A DNA stretch of 64,000 nucleotides, taken from IMG/VR virus record IMGVR_UViG_3300010883_000008, positions 2,668-66,667 of that record. One strand, given 5' to 3'. The position numbers were made by a program, and so were the translations under genes. This DNA comes from a virus (lineage: Duplodnaviria > Heunggongvirae > Uroviricota > Caudoviricetes). Shown piece after piece: positions 6,445-16,277 of the stretch. The notes beneath the pieces are model-generated. The model did no database searches and had not been told where the DNA came from. It was given only the letters and a program-made list of their open reading frames with translations. The stretch's first letter is position 1; every line of letters starts with the position of its first letter.

Positions 6445-9263
6445 GATACACTCCGGATTACTTTCTGTAACAGTTTCCTCATGTCATTTACGAGTTGCCG
6501 TAAGTCGAGGAACTGTATGTAATGCTTGAACATGGACGACGATTTGAATCTCGTTATGGCTACCTGAACCACGTCCATTTCCTTTTCCAATTTCCGAACT
6601 TCGTCCCGAGTGGCACGGCGAGCAGTATCTCCACCATAGTCGTTGCCACAGGGGGCTCCGTCAGACAGCACCAGCATCAGACGATTCTCATTGTCGGTGT
6701 TCTCCTTGAACAGTCGACCGGCTTCCCGTATCGCCATGTGGTCATAGTTCTGACCACCGTCGCCGTACCCACCTATCGAGTAGACGTTCTTTTGTCGTTT
6801 GCCGTACAGGTACTTCATGTAGTTGTCGTCATGTCTGTTACACGAGGCATACGAGTAGATCTCAAGTTCGATCTTCGACACGTTAGCCAGAGCTTCGGCG
6901 AACAGGATAGCGATTTGCTTTGCCACCCCCGCTCGACCGTTCCAATCTTGGTAGGAACCCTTGCAGGTCCCCATCGATCCCGACTCATCCAAGAGCAGGC
7001 AGATTGCCAACCCTTTGGACGTGATCTTGGACGTGTTCTTGAACAGCCGTTTGGTGGAGCGGGCTCGTCCCAGTCGACGCCCGTCCAATCGACCCTCGAT
7101 CAGTTCTCGGTTGTCAACCAGTCTGTCCCCACGTCGGAAGGACAAGGCATTCTTGGTCCGGCCAATGAAGGGCTGTACCAATTTCTTCCCCGCCAAGTAG
7201 TCTCGTTTAGCGGACTCGTCCGGTCGTGGGTGAGATATGACAGTTCTTCGTCGAGTGTACTTGTCACACGGGCACGTTTCGGCCTCAACGAATTCCAGAC
7301 GTTCATCTTCGGCCTTAGCCAGTTCACAGGATTCCTCAAGATCCATCGTTCCCCCGTCAAAGGCTTCCATCATCCGAGCTAAGTCGATCAGCCCGAATCG
7401 TTCACCCTCACGGGATTTCTCCAAGGCGTCCGAGGCTTCCTTAAGGTCATCCAGCTTTTTCTCGTCCCGTTTGGCATCGGCCAACCGATCATCTTTCATG
7501 GCCTCCGTCAGATCGGAGAGATCCTTCAACTTTTCCAGGGCTTTCCGCATCCGTTCCCCCGTAGCTTCGATATCCTTTAGTAGAGCTTCCGTGTCGGTAT
7601 CGGTTTCCTTGGCGAGTCTGTGGTCATCCAGCCGCGTCAGGGTATCATCCATCTCGGCCTTCATCACATCGCCATCGTCCCGCCCGGCCAACTCCATCAG
7701 GAAGTCCCCGAAGTCTAGCTCGGGTTCGGGGAGTTCGGGTTCGCCTTCGCCTTCCGGCGTCGGGTGTTCCCCGCCCGTCGTTTCTTCCCCGCGTTCCGTT
7801 GTTTCTTCGTCAGACGTTTCGAGCGAGTCTTCTTTCGTTTCCCCGCTTCCGCCTGTAGTTGATGTTTCATCCGTTGGAAGTCCGTCACCCCCTGGCTCTC
7901 CGGGGCCACCCCCTCGTTCGGATCGACTGGGGTCGGAACCACCCCCGCCAGTTGCATCTGATCCTTCAGTTGATCTGCCGCTTCCGCCATCGTCAGAGGG
8001 TCCGGTGTCGACTCCATCGGTTTCTCCTTCTGGTGTCCCGGAGGAAGATCCACTGGGACCGTCCGGGGTACTTGATTTGCCATCGTCATCCCCGTCGCCT
8101 GCTCCGGGGTCATCGGAGGTTGGGGGCTCACCGGACCCATCGTCGCCAGCTTCGGGGGTTGACTCACTGTCCGACCCGTCTGAGTCCCCGTCACATTCAG
8201 CAGATCCACCTTCGGCGGATTCGTCGGAGGATTCGTCGGAGGTAGATTCTTCTCGTCCATCGTCAGGTTCCTTATCAGGTTCAGTGCAATCAGTTGCACT
8301 AGATTTTTCCTCGGCCCGTTTATCGGCCATTTCTTTTTTAACGTCCTCGATCATTTCGTCAACACGTTCATCGCCCAAGGCTTCACGCAACGCATCTTCA
8401 TCGTCCTTAGCAGCAAGTTTGTCGTAGATGTCCTGCATCCGGTTGAAGTACTCAACCAATCTGGCCCCCGCCATTTCCACGTCGTCCTCAGTCACCGGGG
8501 TGTGGGGTATGACACCCCGCAACTCGTCGAACGCACAGTCGCCTTTCACAGTCTTCCAAGTTTTCATCGCGGGGGATAAATGGTACGGGCACCGGATGGC
8601 TGTAAACATCAACGTGGTGAGTTTGTCTAGGTCCGTCAACTTGTCCCAGTTGGTCAACGATTCAAGGAATTTCTTGGCTTGGAAGATCACCCGTTTCGAC
8701 GCCTGTAGATACGGAGCATACCCCGGGCTGCGTTTACGGGCGAGGTTCTCGATGCGTTCGTCTTCAAGCAGGTTCTCCCACATGATCCGTTTGGGATCAG
8801 AGAGAGCTTTGGATTGCAGACGTAGGCCGAGCTTGCGAGTGGAGATTAGATGTTCCGTCTCATGGATACCTAACCCACAGTAGGCGTCCATCATTTCTTG
8901 ACCATCGGCCAAGTCATAGACGCTCGTGCCCAGGAAGATGAACGGTCCCTCCCATGGGTCCATTCTTTGCCATCCCGCCATGCCGGAAGCGGCTGTCCCG
9001 ATGGACGCCAGTTGGATGTTGGTCTTGGGGGGTGCCCCGTGGATCTTACAGATCGAAGCTACCGCATTGCGTATGCGGATAAGATCGAATACCTTTTGTT
9101 GAGCATCTTTGGCCTTGGTTCGGCCATAGCCCCACCCGCCTGAGGTCGAGGCGGATCGTAGAACTTCGTCCCGTTCAACTTCGGCGGCGGCGAGTTCCGA
9201 TATGAAGTCGTCTCCCTCAACCGTAAGTTCCAGGGGCTCGTATTCATGTGTCCAGTTTGGCAT
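6441..9263 (-). CDS. vWA-domain protein with N-terminal HExxH region and long acidic low-complexity linker (CobT-like / DUF2201-like MoxR partner)
   Basis: 940 aa. C-terminal von Willebrand A domain with MIDAS motif DESGS (LAICLLLDESGSMG). About 170 aa of D/E/S/G-rich sequence and a coiled coil. HETEH motif at about aa 150. Confidence 0.75.
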   Translation of the reverse strand: MPNWTHEYEPLELTVEGDDFISELAAAEVERDEVLRSASTSGGWGYGRTKAKDAQQKVFDLIRIRNAVASICKIHGAPPKTNIQLASIGTAASGMAGWQRMDPWEGPFIFLGTSVYDLADGQEMMDAYCGLGIHETEHLISTRKLGLRLQSKALSDPKRIMWENLLEDERIENLARKRSPGYAPYLQASKRVIFQAKKFLESLTNWDKLTDLDKLTTLMFTAIRCPYHLSPAMKTWKTVKGDCAFDELRGVIPHTPVTEDDVEMAGARLVEYFNRMQDIYDKLAAKDDEDALREALGDERVDEMIEDVKKEMADKRAEEKSSATDCTEPDKEPDDGREESTSDESSDESAEGGSAECDGDSDGSDSESTPEAGDDGSGEPPTSDDPGAGDGDDDGKSSTPDGPSGSSSGTPEGETDGVDTGPSDDGGSGRSTEGSDATGGGGSDPSRSERGGGPGEPGGDGLPTDETSTTGGSGETKEDSLETSDEETTERGEETTGGEHPTPEGEGEPELPEPELDFGDFLMELAGRDDGDVMKAEMDDTLTRLDDHRLAKETDTDTEALLKDIEATGERMRKALEKLKDLSDLTEAMKDDRLADAKRDEKKLDDLKEASDALEKSREGERFGLIDLARMMEAFDGGTMDLEESCELAKAEDERLEFVEAETCPCDKYTRRRTVISHPRPDESAKRDYLAGKKLVQPFIGRTKNALSFRRGDRLVDNRELIEGRLDGRRLGRARSTKRLFKNTSKITSKGLAICLLLDESGSMGTCKGSYQDWNGRAGVAKQIAILFAEALANVSKIELEIYSYASCNRHDDNYMKYLYGKRQKNVYSIGGYGDGGQNYDHMAIREAGRLFKENTDNENRLMLVLSDGAPCGNDYGGDTARRATRDEVRKLEKEMDVVQVAITRFKSSSMFKHYIQFLDLRQLVNDMRKLLQKVIRSVS
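8284..8299. repeat. palindrome family copy: GTGCAATCAGTTGCAC
   Basis: 16-bp inverted repeat inside the acidic region of the vWA gene. Confidence 0.85.
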
Positions 9264-9348
9264 AACACAGGTCTCCTAATTGGGGGTAGGTTCATTTCCA
9301 TACCCATACAATAACCGATATCCTCAGTCACCACAAGGGGTTACTCGA

Positions 9349-10932
9349 TTATCCAATGTCACCCTTCTGGATGATTTGGAGGACTTTCGTGCGATCCGAT
9401 TCTTCCCCACCCTCGTCCGAGAAGTGGCAGAGGATTGAACCCCTACAGGCTAAGTCGAACCGCATACCATCCGCGAGCTTGCGTCCCGTTGCCAACAGCA
9501 TTCTCGTAGATATGAACTCGGGGAATTCTTGGTCCCCGCGAGTCAGTTCCCGCTGTCGTACGGCGATCTTCACTAGTCGAACCGCGTCCACCCGTTTCAG
9601 ACCTTTGCATCGTCCCGTCAGGATGGTCACTTCGTTGGCCTCGGGTGGGAAGAACATCTCGATGATGGTGGAGAAGCGATCTTTCAACGCCTTATCCAAT
9701 GCTTCCGTTCCCGTGTACTCCATGCCGATGTTCGCCGTAGCGGTGATGGAAACTCCCTCACCCATGTTAACTATCGACGCGTCGTCATGCTCGTCCAAAG
9801 CGATGTACCGTTGGCTGTCCAACGCGGGCAGTAAGATATTGAATGCGGCTGGTACGGCACGGGTCAACTCATCCAACATGATGATGCTGTTCCCGAGATC
9901 CCCCCGGTAGGCTTGCACGAATCGGGCATCCGATACATACGTCCCCGCCTCATTCAGTCCTACGTTTCCGATCAGCGAGGTTCGAGGCTCACTCATGGCA
10001 CCGCAGTTGAAGGCCGCTAACTCACGTTCAACCGCACGTGATACAAAGTGTAGCACCTGTGATTTACCTGACCCCGAAGGTCCCACCAGAAGCAAGTTCT
10101 CCCCTGGTGTCAAGATGGTGTAGCAGATCTCTTCCCAATCGTCCTTGGACACGAAGAACTCCGAAGGATGGGGTCGACGTATCGTCTTGTAGAGCGGTGT
10201 CGGTCGATCAGCCGCAAGTTCCTCCATCCGGGCTTTGACCTCATCGGTGGCCGACTTGGCGATTTCCGCAGGTTCCCCGAAGCCCTCTACTGGGTCGACC
10301 GGATCGACCGGGCTGGTAGGGGTCGGTGGCAGGAATTCTTCGTCGGTCGTGTCCTCCGGGGCATCCCCCGGACGAACCGCACTCGCTCCAGCATCCCGAA
10401 CTTCGGGTGATGCCGATGCCTTCTTGAGTCGTAGGGACGCTTGGCATTCAGCATATATGCGAGCCGGATTGAATGGGCGTTCTTTGGCCTCCAGACATGA
10501 CGTGTCCGGGTCCTTGCCGTCCAATAGCCACAGCAGGTTATGTAAGGACACATCTCCGATCCGAGGGGACACAGCCCCTAGAGAGTTCTCACCCTTAGGC
10601 AAGTTCAGCACCACTGCGTAGGTGAGAGGGCTGGATGTTCGCCAGGGGATAACCCCATCTGAATCGATCTCGACGCCCCCGCCCTCGGTCCAAGTGTTCA
10701 GATCCGTTCGGACCACTCGCTCATGGTCGCACTTGGATTCAAACTTGTACATCGCACAGTCGCAAACTGTCGCGTCGGGCGTGATAGATACGTTGGTAAG
10801 CAGTCTGGCAGTATTGCTCACGATTTGGAATACCTCAAATTGGTTTTCGTCCACTTTGAAGCCAATTAAGATAGCCTTGTCCGCCATAACATGATCTCCT
10901 GAAATTGGGGGTTCGTTCGTTTCGTCCAACAA
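9349..10932 (-). CDS. MoxR-family AAA+ ATPase (CobS-like)
   Basis: 527 aa. Walker A LLLVGPSGSGKSQ and Walker B IIMLDELTR. It sits immediately downstream of the vWA partner, the usual MoxR/CobS genetic coupling. Confidence 0.75.
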   Translation of the reverse strand: MLDETNEPPISGDHVMADKAILIGFKVDENQFEVFQIVSNTARLLTNVSITPDATVCDCAMYKFESKCDHERVVRTDLNTWTEGGGVEIDSDGVIPWRTSSPLTYAVVLNLPKGENSLGAVSPRIGDVSLHNLLWLLDGKDPDTSCLEAKERPFNPARIYAECQASLRLKKASASPEVRDAGASAVRPGDAPEDTTDEEFLPPTPTSPVDPVDPVEGFGEPAEIAKSATDEVKARMEELAADRPTPLYKTIRRPHPSEFFVSKDDWEEICYTILTPGENLLLVGPSGSGKSQVLHFVSRAVERELAAFNCGAMSEPRTSLIGNVGLNEAGTYVSDARFVQAYRGDLGNSIIMLDELTRAVPAAFNILLPALDSQRYIALDEHDDASIVNMGEGVSITATANIGMEYTGTEALDKALKDRFSTIIEMFFPPEANEVTILTGRCKGLKRVDAVRLVKIAVRQRELTRGDQEFPEFISTRMLLATGRKLADGMRFDLACRGSILCHFSDEGGEESDRTKVLQIIQKGDIG

Positions 10933-10976
10933 GATAGAGTATCGGTCATTTTCTCAGAAAGATCCAGTCCACACTA

Positions 10977-11477
10977 CTACCCATTTTTCACGTCGTAGAA
11001 TAGCTCAACCATCATCTCCTTTTTGTCCATGAACGTCCGCGTAGCTGCGATCTTGTCGAAAGGTTTGGTCATCTTGTCCAGAATGGGCAGACTTATGCAT
11101 TGGATCGCAGTATCCGGAACCTCCGCTGCCACAAGTTCCCATGCCTTCGAGGACAGGGGTAAGGCATCTGCGGACGTGCGGACTAAGTCCTCCAGCATTC
11201 GCTTCATGTAGTCGGGGCCGACACCTCCGCCTTTCACCCAACTATAGTCCCCGTTGAGCATTTGCAAGTGCTTACACATTTTGGGAGAGTCCTTGGACTT
11301 CATCCACGCCATGCATGTACATTGGGACCCACCTGTGATCAGATACCGCTGTCGTTTGAATGCGGTCTTATCCGGGTCGGTCAGCTTCTCACAATGTATC
11401 CCAGCCGGAGCAGTCTGGAAGACGTAGATCGGAGGATTGAATACCTCGGTCAGTAGCTTCATGTAATGCGAGATCAT
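10977..11477 (-). CDS. SWIM zinc-finger protein, putative
   Basis: 166 aa. The CxCx(n)CxH motif is QCTCMAWMKSKDSPKMCKH. Confidence 0.45.
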   Translation of the reverse strand: MISHYMKLLTEVFNPPIYVFQTAPAGIHCEKLTDPDKTAFKRQRYLITGGSQCTCMAWMKSKDSPKMCKHLQMLNGDYSWVKGGGVGPDYMKRMLEDLVRTSADALPLSSKAWELVAAEVPDTAIQCISLPILDKMTKPFDKIAATRTFMDKKEMMVELFYDVKNG

Positions 11478-11560
11478 AGTCTGTGTCCATAGGTGTGATA
11501 ACTAAAACAGGGCCACTACCCCATGAGAGCAGCGACCCTGAACCAATCCCCCAAGGAAGG

Positions 11561-12568
11561 TTAACTCTCTGTGGTCGGGGCGACAACTACCGGGGTGACG
11601 ACTTCGGCTACCGGAGTAGGTTCAGGCGTTGGGGCAGCTTCGACGACGGGTTCCGGAGCAGCTTCTTCAACCGTTTCGCCCTTGGCCTCAGCATCCGCAG
11701 CTTTCATCTTGGTGTAGCGTTCCTCATCAATCGACTTGATTTCGAGTTTGACCCCGAAGGCCGCTTCCAAGTTTTTGACGCCAACTTCCAGTTTGCTCAA
11801 AGCCCCCGTAAGTCCCGACCCCGCCGAACTAGCCATGAAGTCCGCACAGATCAACTCCAGTGCGAAGTTGTCCTTATCGGACCCCGACATGGTCTTAGCC
11901 AACGTAACGGCCTCGTCCACGATGATGGCTTGGTCTTCGTGCAGGGCGAAGGCTCGTCGAACGATATCCGAAGGTTCCCCGTCGCTACCGGAGGCGAGAC
12001 CCTTCATTTCGCGAACCATTGCCTTGACTTCCGAAACCTTCATCGATTTCAGTTTGTCGAGGATCTCGACCCAGTTGTCTGCATCGATCACGTCTACGAC
12101 TTCTTTCGCCTTCGACCATTCCAGGCCCTTCAAGATGTCAGGGGACAGCCCCAACTCGACGCAGAACTTCTTGTAGATGTTGACCAAGTAGTACGCTTTG
12201 CGTTTCTTGAATCCGAGTTCGTGGAGAGCGTATTCCTCAAAGGATGCGTACTCGCGGGTGTCGTCACCGAATGTGCCGATGTAGGCTTTCCAGTAATCGT
12301 TGCTGTGGACTTCGTAGAGCATCTCGCCCTTGAGAACGTCCAAGCGATCCGGCATGTCGTTGGTCTTGAGCAGTACGTCACGTACCGCGTCTCGACGTTC
12401 CGGAAGGGGCATGTCTTTCGACATTTGAGGGAGACCTGAAAGGCCCCCAGCTAGGATGGTCATACCTTCACCACCGGTGACGATAAGAGCGGTAGTCTCA
12501 GGGGCGGCATCCGCCTCCGGAGGTGTGACAACTTCGGGTGGAGTGATTGTTGCAGCGGCGTCTGTCAT
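11561..12568 (-). CDS. hypothetical protein with acidic TPE-rich termini
   Basis: 335 aa, protein-like with conserved-looking core YALHELGFKKRKAYYLVNIYKKF. The overlapping 318-aa plus-strand ORF is Arg/Phe-rich antisense. AAGGAGA Shine-Dalgarno sequence upstream. Confidence 0.5.
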   Translation of the reverse strand: MTDAAATITPPEVVTPPEADAAPETTALIVTGGEGMTILAGGLSGLPQMSKDMPLPERRDAVRDVLLKTNDMPDRLDVLKGEMLYEVHSNDYWKAYIGTFGDDTREYASFEEYALHELGFKKRKAYYLVNIYKKFCVELGLSPDILKGLEWSKAKEVVDVIDADNWVEILDKLKSMKVSEVKAMVREMKGLASGSDGEPSDIVRRAFALHEDQAIIVDEAVTLAKTMSGSDKDNFALELICADFMASSAGSGLTGALSKLEVGVKNLEAAFGVKLEIKSIDEERYTKMKAADAEAKGETVEEAAPEPVVEAAPTPEPTPVAEVVTPVVVAPTTES

Positions 12569-12609
12569 GGTAAATCTCCTTGGGAGGGTGTAAAGGTTTC
12601 AATAGCGAT

Positions 12610-12638
12610 AGTATAGACCACCGCTGATAGTGTGTCAA
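12610..12638 (-). promoter_or_regulatory. sigma70-like promoter (TTGACA-17-TATACT) reading into gene 11561-12568
   Basis: The minus strand reads TTGACA (12633-12638), a 17-nt spacer, then TATACT (12610-12615). It lies in a 76-nt intergenic gap. Confidence 0.4.
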
Positions 12639-12644
12639 TTGGGG

Positions 12645-13205
12645 CTACTTGATTAAGGGCATCTCAGCATAACTTAGGGAAACGCATACAGGATCGTCCC
12701 CGAACATTTGGACGAAGCTGTGAACTCCAGCAGTGCAATCCCGTCCCGGTTGAAAGATGGCTTCGGTTTTGTTGACCTTCACGATGCGACCGAACCATGC
12801 ACCTTCCTTGAACCCTTGTCCGTCCGTGACATTAATAGAGCCAGGAAACGTGGCCTTTCCCCCGGCGATCCCCATCTGAATGGGACCGCACTCGGGGGCG
12901 TAGACTTTGGCAGCGGTTTCCGCCACCTGAGCGACGATCTCGATGAACGGGGTGGCTAACACGACGTTAGACAAAGCTGTCTCCCCCGTGGCCCCGTTTT
13001 CAACCTTCCAGACCAACAAGTGGACGAACGGCCATTGCTTCTCAGACAAGTCCTTCTTACGAGCGAATTGCTTGACTAGCGATGCGGGGAATTCCCCGGT
13101 TGCTTGTTCATCCTTGACTAGTTTCCCCAACACGCCAATCGCTTCCGCGTTGGTGTGGGGGGACGTAAAAGTTTTTCCTTTTACTTTGTATTCAGTCGAT
13201 GCCAT
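12645..13205 (-). CDS. hypothetical protein
   Basis: 186-aa ORF. Confidence 0.45.
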   Translation of the reverse strand: MASTEYKVKGKTFTSPHTNAEAIGVLGKLVKDEQATGEFPASLVKQFARKKDLSEKQWPFVHLLVWKVENGATGETALSNVVLATPFIEIVAQVAETAAKVYAPECGPIQMGIAGGKATFPGSINVTDGQGFKEGAWFGRIVKVNKTEAIFQPGRDCTAGVHSFVQMFGDDPVCVSLSYAEMPLIK

Positions 13206-13247
13206 GTTGATCTCCTCAGGTCAATGTTAGGTAAGGGTCACAGCTAC

Positions 13248-13904
13248 TTAGTCGGCGTCGGGCAGTCGGATATGGGTGATGGTCATCTCGATGTCATCGA
13301 TATCGATATCCAAGTCTTTGGCGATGCGTAGTTTCGCATCGTTAAGTTCCTGATCCGAGGGAGGTTCTTCTCCCCCCATCAAAGGTACGAGGTGTTCTTG
13401 GAAAGCCACTTCCATGGCAGCAGGATCAATGTCCTTCTTTTTGGTCCCCGGTTCCCCGTCCGCTTCCGAATCGCAGAACGGACAGTCACTTTCCCCGCAG
13501 GAACCAATCGGGGATTTTTCAGCTTTGCGAGGTTGTGCAATCGATTGCACTGGGATGTTGATCGGAGCTTTTCGCGGTTTGGGGTCGTTCCCCGTGATCT
13601 CGCGGTAGAATTGCATTGCCGTGGGGCGAGTCTGCAACATTCGCAACGCTGTGTTGATGCGTTCGTCAATAAGCAGCATCAAATCGAGGTCCTGGGGGGC
13701 ACGGATACCCGAGGCTAACAGTTCCTCGTATCGAGTGGAGTCTTCGTCCAGTCCTTCGATCAGGGAAGCTGTGTCCATTAGCCAGCCTGAGGCGAGTTCC
13801 GAATCGTGGGCTGACAGGGGTTCGTCAAACATGTTCATTTCTCCAGTGGGGTGACGTGTTTTTTCCAACGAAAGTAGTATCGACCATTCACTCGGGAATG
13901 TCAA
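13248..13904 (-). CDS. hypothetical protein
   Basis: 218-aa ORF. It contains a palindrome copy at 13535-13550. Confidence 0.45.
   Translation of the reverse strand: MTFPSEWSILLSLEKTRHPTGEMNMFDEPLSAHDSELASGWLMDTASLIEGLDEDSTRYEELLASGIRAPQDLDLMLLIDERINTALRMLQTRPTAMQFYREITGNDPKPRKAPINIPVQSIAQPRKAEKSPIGSCGESDCPFCDSEADGEPGTKKKDIDPAAMEVAFQEHLVPLMGGEEPPSDQELNDAKLRIAKDLDIDIDDIEMTITHIRLPDAD
13535..13550. repeat. palindrome family copy: GTGCAATCGATTGCAC (perfect)
   Basis: Perfect 16-bp palindrome inside the coding sequence. Confidence 0.9.
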
Positions 13905-14376
13905 GGTAAATTGGTAGGATCTCCTGCATTTTTAATAGGATGCCTTCCTCCGGATATCGGATCTTCCGGACGTGTAAATCGACCACCTGGGAGTCGTCCA
14001 AATAGGCCACTCCTTTAAGTGCATCCTTCACAGGTTTGCTTAGATTGTCGAGGTCTGGGACGGACGTGTAGAAATCCCACCCCAGTCGCTCCGCCCGAGT
14101 CTTCTGTTTTTTGGGCCATTTGAAACAGTAATATATAGTCAGGGATACGGGGCCTGTAGCGGGTTCTTTCCCCGCCCACAAAGACGCAACGTGAGCCCTT
14201 AATTTGCCCACATAAGCCTTCTTCTTTGGATCGGCGTGTACGCTCCCCGAAAAGCCCATGCGAGCGGATTGCTTGGCCTGGGGTCGGATGGGGAAATAGA
14301 CGTATCGAGTATCAACTACTTCGGCAGTCTCATTGATATGGTCAAGTAGAAAGGCTAAGTCATCGCGGCTCGTCAT
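13888..14376 (-). CDS. rusA: RusA-family Holliday junction resolvase
   Basis: 162 aa. PDLDNLSKPVKDALKGVAYLDDSQVVDLHVRK matches the RusA catalytic region DLDNL..K..DAL....DD.QV. Confidence 0.7.
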   Translation of the reverse strand: MTSRDDLAFLLDHINETAEVVDTRYVYFPIRPQAKQSARMGFSGSVHADPKKKAYVGKLRAHVASLWAGKEPATGPVSLTIYYCFKWPKKQKTRAERLGWDFYTSVPDLDNLSKPVKDALKGVAYLDDSQVVDLHVRKIRYPEEGILLKMQEILPIYLDIPE

Positions 14377-14738
14377 GAGTTTCCTCGGTAGTAATTGTAT
14401 AGGTAGACCCTGATCCGTTCCTCCATGAAGTCCGCTATATGTTTAGCGTTATTGGAGTACTCGTCTGTCACAGTAAACGCTACGGTGTGTTCGGTCCCAT
14501 CTATCTCAAATGAAACCAAAAAATCATAGGCCCTATCTCTGACATTCTGGTACATGCGTACCTCAGGGGTACTGAGCCTACGCAAGACTGCTTTGAATTC
14601 CTCGGGTAAGTACCTTATCGATTCGTCTTTCGGCACGAGCAGTACGTCTTTTAACGTTTTGCGGGTGTAGCTTGGTACGCCTTTTATCGGTACAGTTACT
14701 CCAGCAATCGTTGCCGTAGCGTCGTGACCCATACTCAT
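14373..14738 (-). CDS. hypothetical protein
   Basis: 121-aa ORF with a 4-nt overlap to its neighbour. Confidence 0.4.
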   Translation of the reverse strand: MSMGHDATATIAGVTVPIKGVPSYTRKTLKDVLLVPKDESIRYLPEEFKAVLRRLSTPEVRMYQNVRDRAYDFLVSFEIDGTEHTVAFTVTDEYSNNAKHIADFMEERIRVYLYNYYRGNS

Positions 14739-14755
14739 ATCCCGACCCCTTTTCG

Positions 14756-15934
14756 TTATGTCGTGAGCGACTCATCTTTAGGCTCCGCCGTCCATGTGGA
14801 CAGATCAAGTAGTTTTCTTCCCTCAGCCTCGGCCCGGGCCTTCCCGTCCGCGACATACTTCGGCCAATCGAGCTTCCGAGCGTTCATCCAGCAGGTTTCC
14901 CCGTGGGCACATTCTTTAGCTCGCTTGTCCGAAGGTAGCTTACACAGCATCATTGACTCAGGTAAAGACTCGTCCCGAATCGCTTCCCAGATTATCTGGG
15001 CCTTACGTTTCGCCAAGTCCCACCATTTTTGGTCGTACTCGTAGATGAAGGCTTTCGACGTGTAATCGTCTCGCTTCATGTACCAGAACATGGTCTTACC
15101 AATGCCAGTCATGGCTTGGTAAACGTTAGCCTGCATCTTGTAGTATTCAGCGATGGCATCGGGGTTATCAATCTTATCGTAGACGTAGTTCCCCGCCGTC
15201 TTCAACTCAAACAAAATCATCTCTTGATCCAGCCCACACCCCGCCAACTCTCTGTAGGCTTTGAGGGGGTCAGCTTTGTAGAGTTTCCTGTTCTCATAGA
15301 TCCATTTGATGCGGTTCTCACAGATCAGACCATCAGTGTGTCCCCCAATTCTCCATTGAGGGTCCCAGTGTTGGTACTCCACATATCGCCAAGTTAAATC
15401 GGTCTGATGCTGAATCTCATAGATAGACTTCTCAGGGTCCGGATGAAACCCGCGTTTGACCGTCTCAGGATGTACGGTCATCCCCCCAGGAGATAAATGC
15501 TCCTTATGGCAAACCCAATCTCCATGCAAGATCCCCATTGGACCCAACACTTTGTTCTGTACGTAATCATGGATCGAGGTGCCTGTACTCATCATGAACT
15601 GGGACTTCCAGTCAAACGAACGGTTAGCTTTAGGTTGCCAGTAGTTCAACACGAATTCTCGGGGGCAAGTGAAGTACAGACCACTCGCTCTCAGAGCTTT
15701 AGTATTGGATTCCTGATCGGGCCAATTGTCCATGAACGTTTTCATAGACTTTAGCACGTTCACGAACTCAGCCGGTGCCGCGTCCTTAGCTTTGAATGGA
15801 GTTAGCTTCTTCTCGGTAGGATGCTTTGCCGCATCGTCGTCATGGAAGCCTTCAAGTATATCAGTCAGCATCGGTAGGTAATCCTTTCGAGGGGTCCAGA
15901 TGTCCGTCTTGTTCCAGCCGTACCATTTCGGCAA
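14756..15934 (-). CDS. Cas4/RecB-like PD-(D/E)xK exonuclease with Fe-S cysteine cluster
   Basis: 392 aa. Motifs GGHTDGLI (D), ILFELKTAG (ExK) and YYKMQANVYQ (QxxxY). N-terminal Cys (YFTCP) plus C-terminal CKLPSDKRAKECAHGETC. Confidence 0.65.
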   Translation of the reverse strand: MPKWYGWNKTDIWTPRKDYLPMLTDILEGFHDDDAAKHPTEKKLTPFKAKDAAPAEFVNVLKSMKTFMDNWPDQESNTKALRASGLYFTCPREFVLNYWQPKANRSFDWKSQFMMSTGTSIHDYVQNKVLGPMGILHGDWVCHKEHLSPGGMTVHPETVKRGFHPDPEKSIYEIQHQTDLTWRYVEYQHWDPQWRIGGHTDGLICENRIKWIYENRKLYKADPLKAYRELAGCGLDQEMILFELKTAGNYVYDKIDNPDAIAEYYKMQANVYQAMTGIGKTMFWYMKRDDYTSKAFIYEYDQKWWDLAKRKAQIIWEAIRDESLPESMMLCKLPSDKRAKECAHGETCWMNARKLDWPKYVADGKARAEAEGRKLLDLSTWTAEPKDESLTT

Positions 15935-16277
15935 AAACTTCTAGAGGTATAGCCACCCACTTTGCGGGTGTGGTCGCCGCGATCTCGCCCTTGAGAGTGA
16001 GTACAAGACCGGGGAATAGCTGAGACTCGGCAGCGTGGTGGCAAACTTTAGCCAGTTCCTTGCCATCGACTTTAATCTCACCATGAATAGTCTCCTTGGA
16101 GTCGAGTAGGAATCTATCGAGTTTAATATCCGACTTCTTCCCCCCAAAGGCCCCCGATCCCGGCTGGCGTTGACCGCCCAACTCCTCGGCGAGTTCTTGC
16201 TCATGTCGATTCACCGTAGTCTTCTGGTTTTCCCGAGTTTTCTTACTGCCCAGTGCCGTGCCTATCTCCTTAGCCAT
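15861..16277 (-). CDS. hypothetical protein
   Basis: 138-aa ORF. Its start overlaps the previous gene. Confidence 0.4.
   Translation of the reverse strand: MAKEIGTALGSKKTRENQKTTVNRHEQELAEELGGQRQPGSGAFGGKKSDIKLDRFLLDSKETIHGEIKVDGKELAKVCHHAAESQLFPGLVLTLKGEIAATTPAKWVAIPLEVFAEMVRLEQDGHLDPSKGLPTDAD

Noticed and set aside
6522-7382. 286-aa plus-strand ORF
   Set aside because: Antisense of the vWA domain coding region.
7237-8427. 396-aa plus-strand ORF, extremely Ser-rich
   Set aside because: It is the antisense of the D/E/S/G-rich linker of the vWA gene. Low-complexity codon mirroring produces an open frame on the opposite strand. It has no start context and disrupts the otherwise unidirectional gene order.
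6441-9263. HETEH motif in the vWA partner as an active metalloprotease
   Set aside because: A five-residue HExxH occurs by chance fairly often. Without the downstream third ligand and profile support it is only a hint.
11483-12439. 318-aa plus-strand ORF
   Set aside because: Arg/Phe-rich with no protein-like periodicity. It is fully antisense to the well-formed 335-aa minus-strand gene.
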